Assembly: GCA_034414335.1 (NCBI GenBank)
Contig: DAOUMB010000004.1
Coordinates: forward strand, 1 to 43,030
From: Dehalococcoidia bacterium
GTDB taxonomy: Bacteria > Chloroflexota > Dehalococcoidia > GIF9 > AB-539-J10
Direction of reading: 5' to 3'
Length of the DNA stretch: 43,030 nucleotides
Shown: piece by piece, positions 42,538 through 43,030 of the stretch
How positions within the stretch are numbered: the first letter of the stretch is position 1
Layout of the letters: each line of letters opens with the position of its first letter
Translations under genes and position numbers: made by a program
The notes under the pieces: model-generated
What the model was told of the DNA's origin: nothing
Database searches by the model: none
The model's input: the letters and a program-made list of their open reading frames with translations, nothing else

Positions 42538-43030
42538 ATGACATCCGTTTCACGGTTTTTTACATCTCGCTGGGGACCAATAATCACCGGCCTTGTTGCT
42601 GGAGTACTTGCCCCGGTGCTCGTCAAATTTGGTAATCCCGGGAACATGGGGATTTCTGTGAGCTGTTTCAGCCGCGATATCGCTGGGGCGCTTGGCCTGT
42701 CCAGCAACAGCGAGGGGCAGAATATCCGTCCTGAGATAATCGGCTTTGTACTGGGTGCTCTTATTGCTGCACTCATCTTTCGAGAGTTCAAACCGCGCAC
42801 CGGGTCGGCTCCGCTGATGCGTTTTCTCCTTGGCATGTTTGCTGCCTTCGGCATGCTGGTATTCATCGGCTGTCCGTGGCGTGCCTACCTGCGGCTCGTC
42901 GGTGGTGATTGGAACGCTATTTTTGGTATTCTTGGTCTGGTGGCTGGGATTGGAATAGGCATCATCTTTTTACGCAGGGGGTTTAGCCTTGGCCGCAGCC
43001 ATCCAGCACCCAGAGCTTTAGGCTGGGTGA
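42538..43030 (+). CDS. yedE: YedE-family putative selenium/sulfur transport membrane protein; the 3' end runs off the window
   Basis: Not in the track because there is no stop inside the window. AAGGAGG precedes ATG 42538. Translation: MTSVSRFF..GNPGNMGISVSCFSRDIAGALGL...IRPEIIGFVLGA...FIGCPWRAYLRLVGGDWNA, matching the conserved YedE N-terminal blocks. Minus-strand ORF 42495..42866 is an antisense artefact. Confidence 0.8.
   Translation, partial: MTSVSRFFTSRWGPIITGLVAGVLAPVLVKFGNPGNMGISVSCFSRDIAGALGLSSNSEGQNIRPEIIGFVLGALIAALIFREFKPRTGSAPLMRFLLGMFAAFGMLVFIGCPWRAYLRLVGGDWNAIFGILGLVAGIGIGIIFLRRGFSLGRSHPAPRALGWV

Noticed and set aside
42495-42866. Minus-strand 123-aa ORF
   Set aside because: It is antisense to the yedE coding sequence, which has an AAGGAGG ribosome-binding site and conserved family blocks. 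The Ala/Pro/Arg-rich translation is typical of an antisense artefact.
1-43030. CRISPR arrays, rRNA, tRNA or tmRNA genes, and intact prophage or integrase genes
   Set aside because: On visual reading of both strands there are no regularly spaced direct repeats, no conserved RNA signature strings and no integrase or recombinase ORFs.

Overview
This 43-kb window looks like a bacterial chromosomal segment: genes are led by GGAGG-type ribosome-binding sites and many overlap by 1-4 nt. The phylum was not tested. The gene mix suggests an anaerobe, perhaps Chloroflexota-like, but that is only a guess.

Most genes are ordinary metabolism or housekeeping:
- split transketolase, an amidohydrolase, thpR, an ADP-forming acyl-CoA synthetase-like protein, and comF-hpf
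- a secreted nucleic-acid-binding protein plus thermonuclease pair, and a PfkB kinase
- etfA-etfB next to an old-yellow-enzyme/2,4-dienoyl-CoA-reductase-like flavoprotein and an EthD protein
- HAD, VOC, aldo/keto reductase, tautomerase, isochorismatase, HtrA and methyltransferase genes
- a peptidase-MA-like protein, two orphan solute-binding proteins, an ABC-2 exporter, and a partial yedE

The clearest functional block is a translationally coupled hydBGDA group-3b [NiFe]-hydrogenase operon at 24449-28330. It is preceded by two small Cys-rich proteins, one desulforedoxin-like and one two-CW.

I found no tRNA, rRNA, CRISPR array, intact mobile element or recognisable defence system. The unusual points are:
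1. An in-frame TAG splits the hydrogenase gamma subunit.
2. An in-frame TGA, plus likely N-terminal damage, interrupts an acetoacetate-decarboxylase-like gene next to yedE.
3. There are decayed IS3 and IS110 transposase remnants.
4. There are several ORF-free spacers of 0.4-1 kb. Two of them carry copies of a roughly 165-nt dispersed noncoding repeat. One has an intrinsic terminator with no gene to terminate. One has a consensus promoter with no ORF plus clustered TTGAACA-type repeats.
5. Several tightly coupled operons of uncharacterised small proteins sit in these accessory-looking stretches.

No candidate rises to a confident new system. The noncoding repeat with its orphan transcript signals, and the GIY-YIG / Imm5-like / micropeptide / ABC-2 region, are the best leads. 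All homology calls come from motif recognition by eye; no searches, RNA folding or statistics were run.
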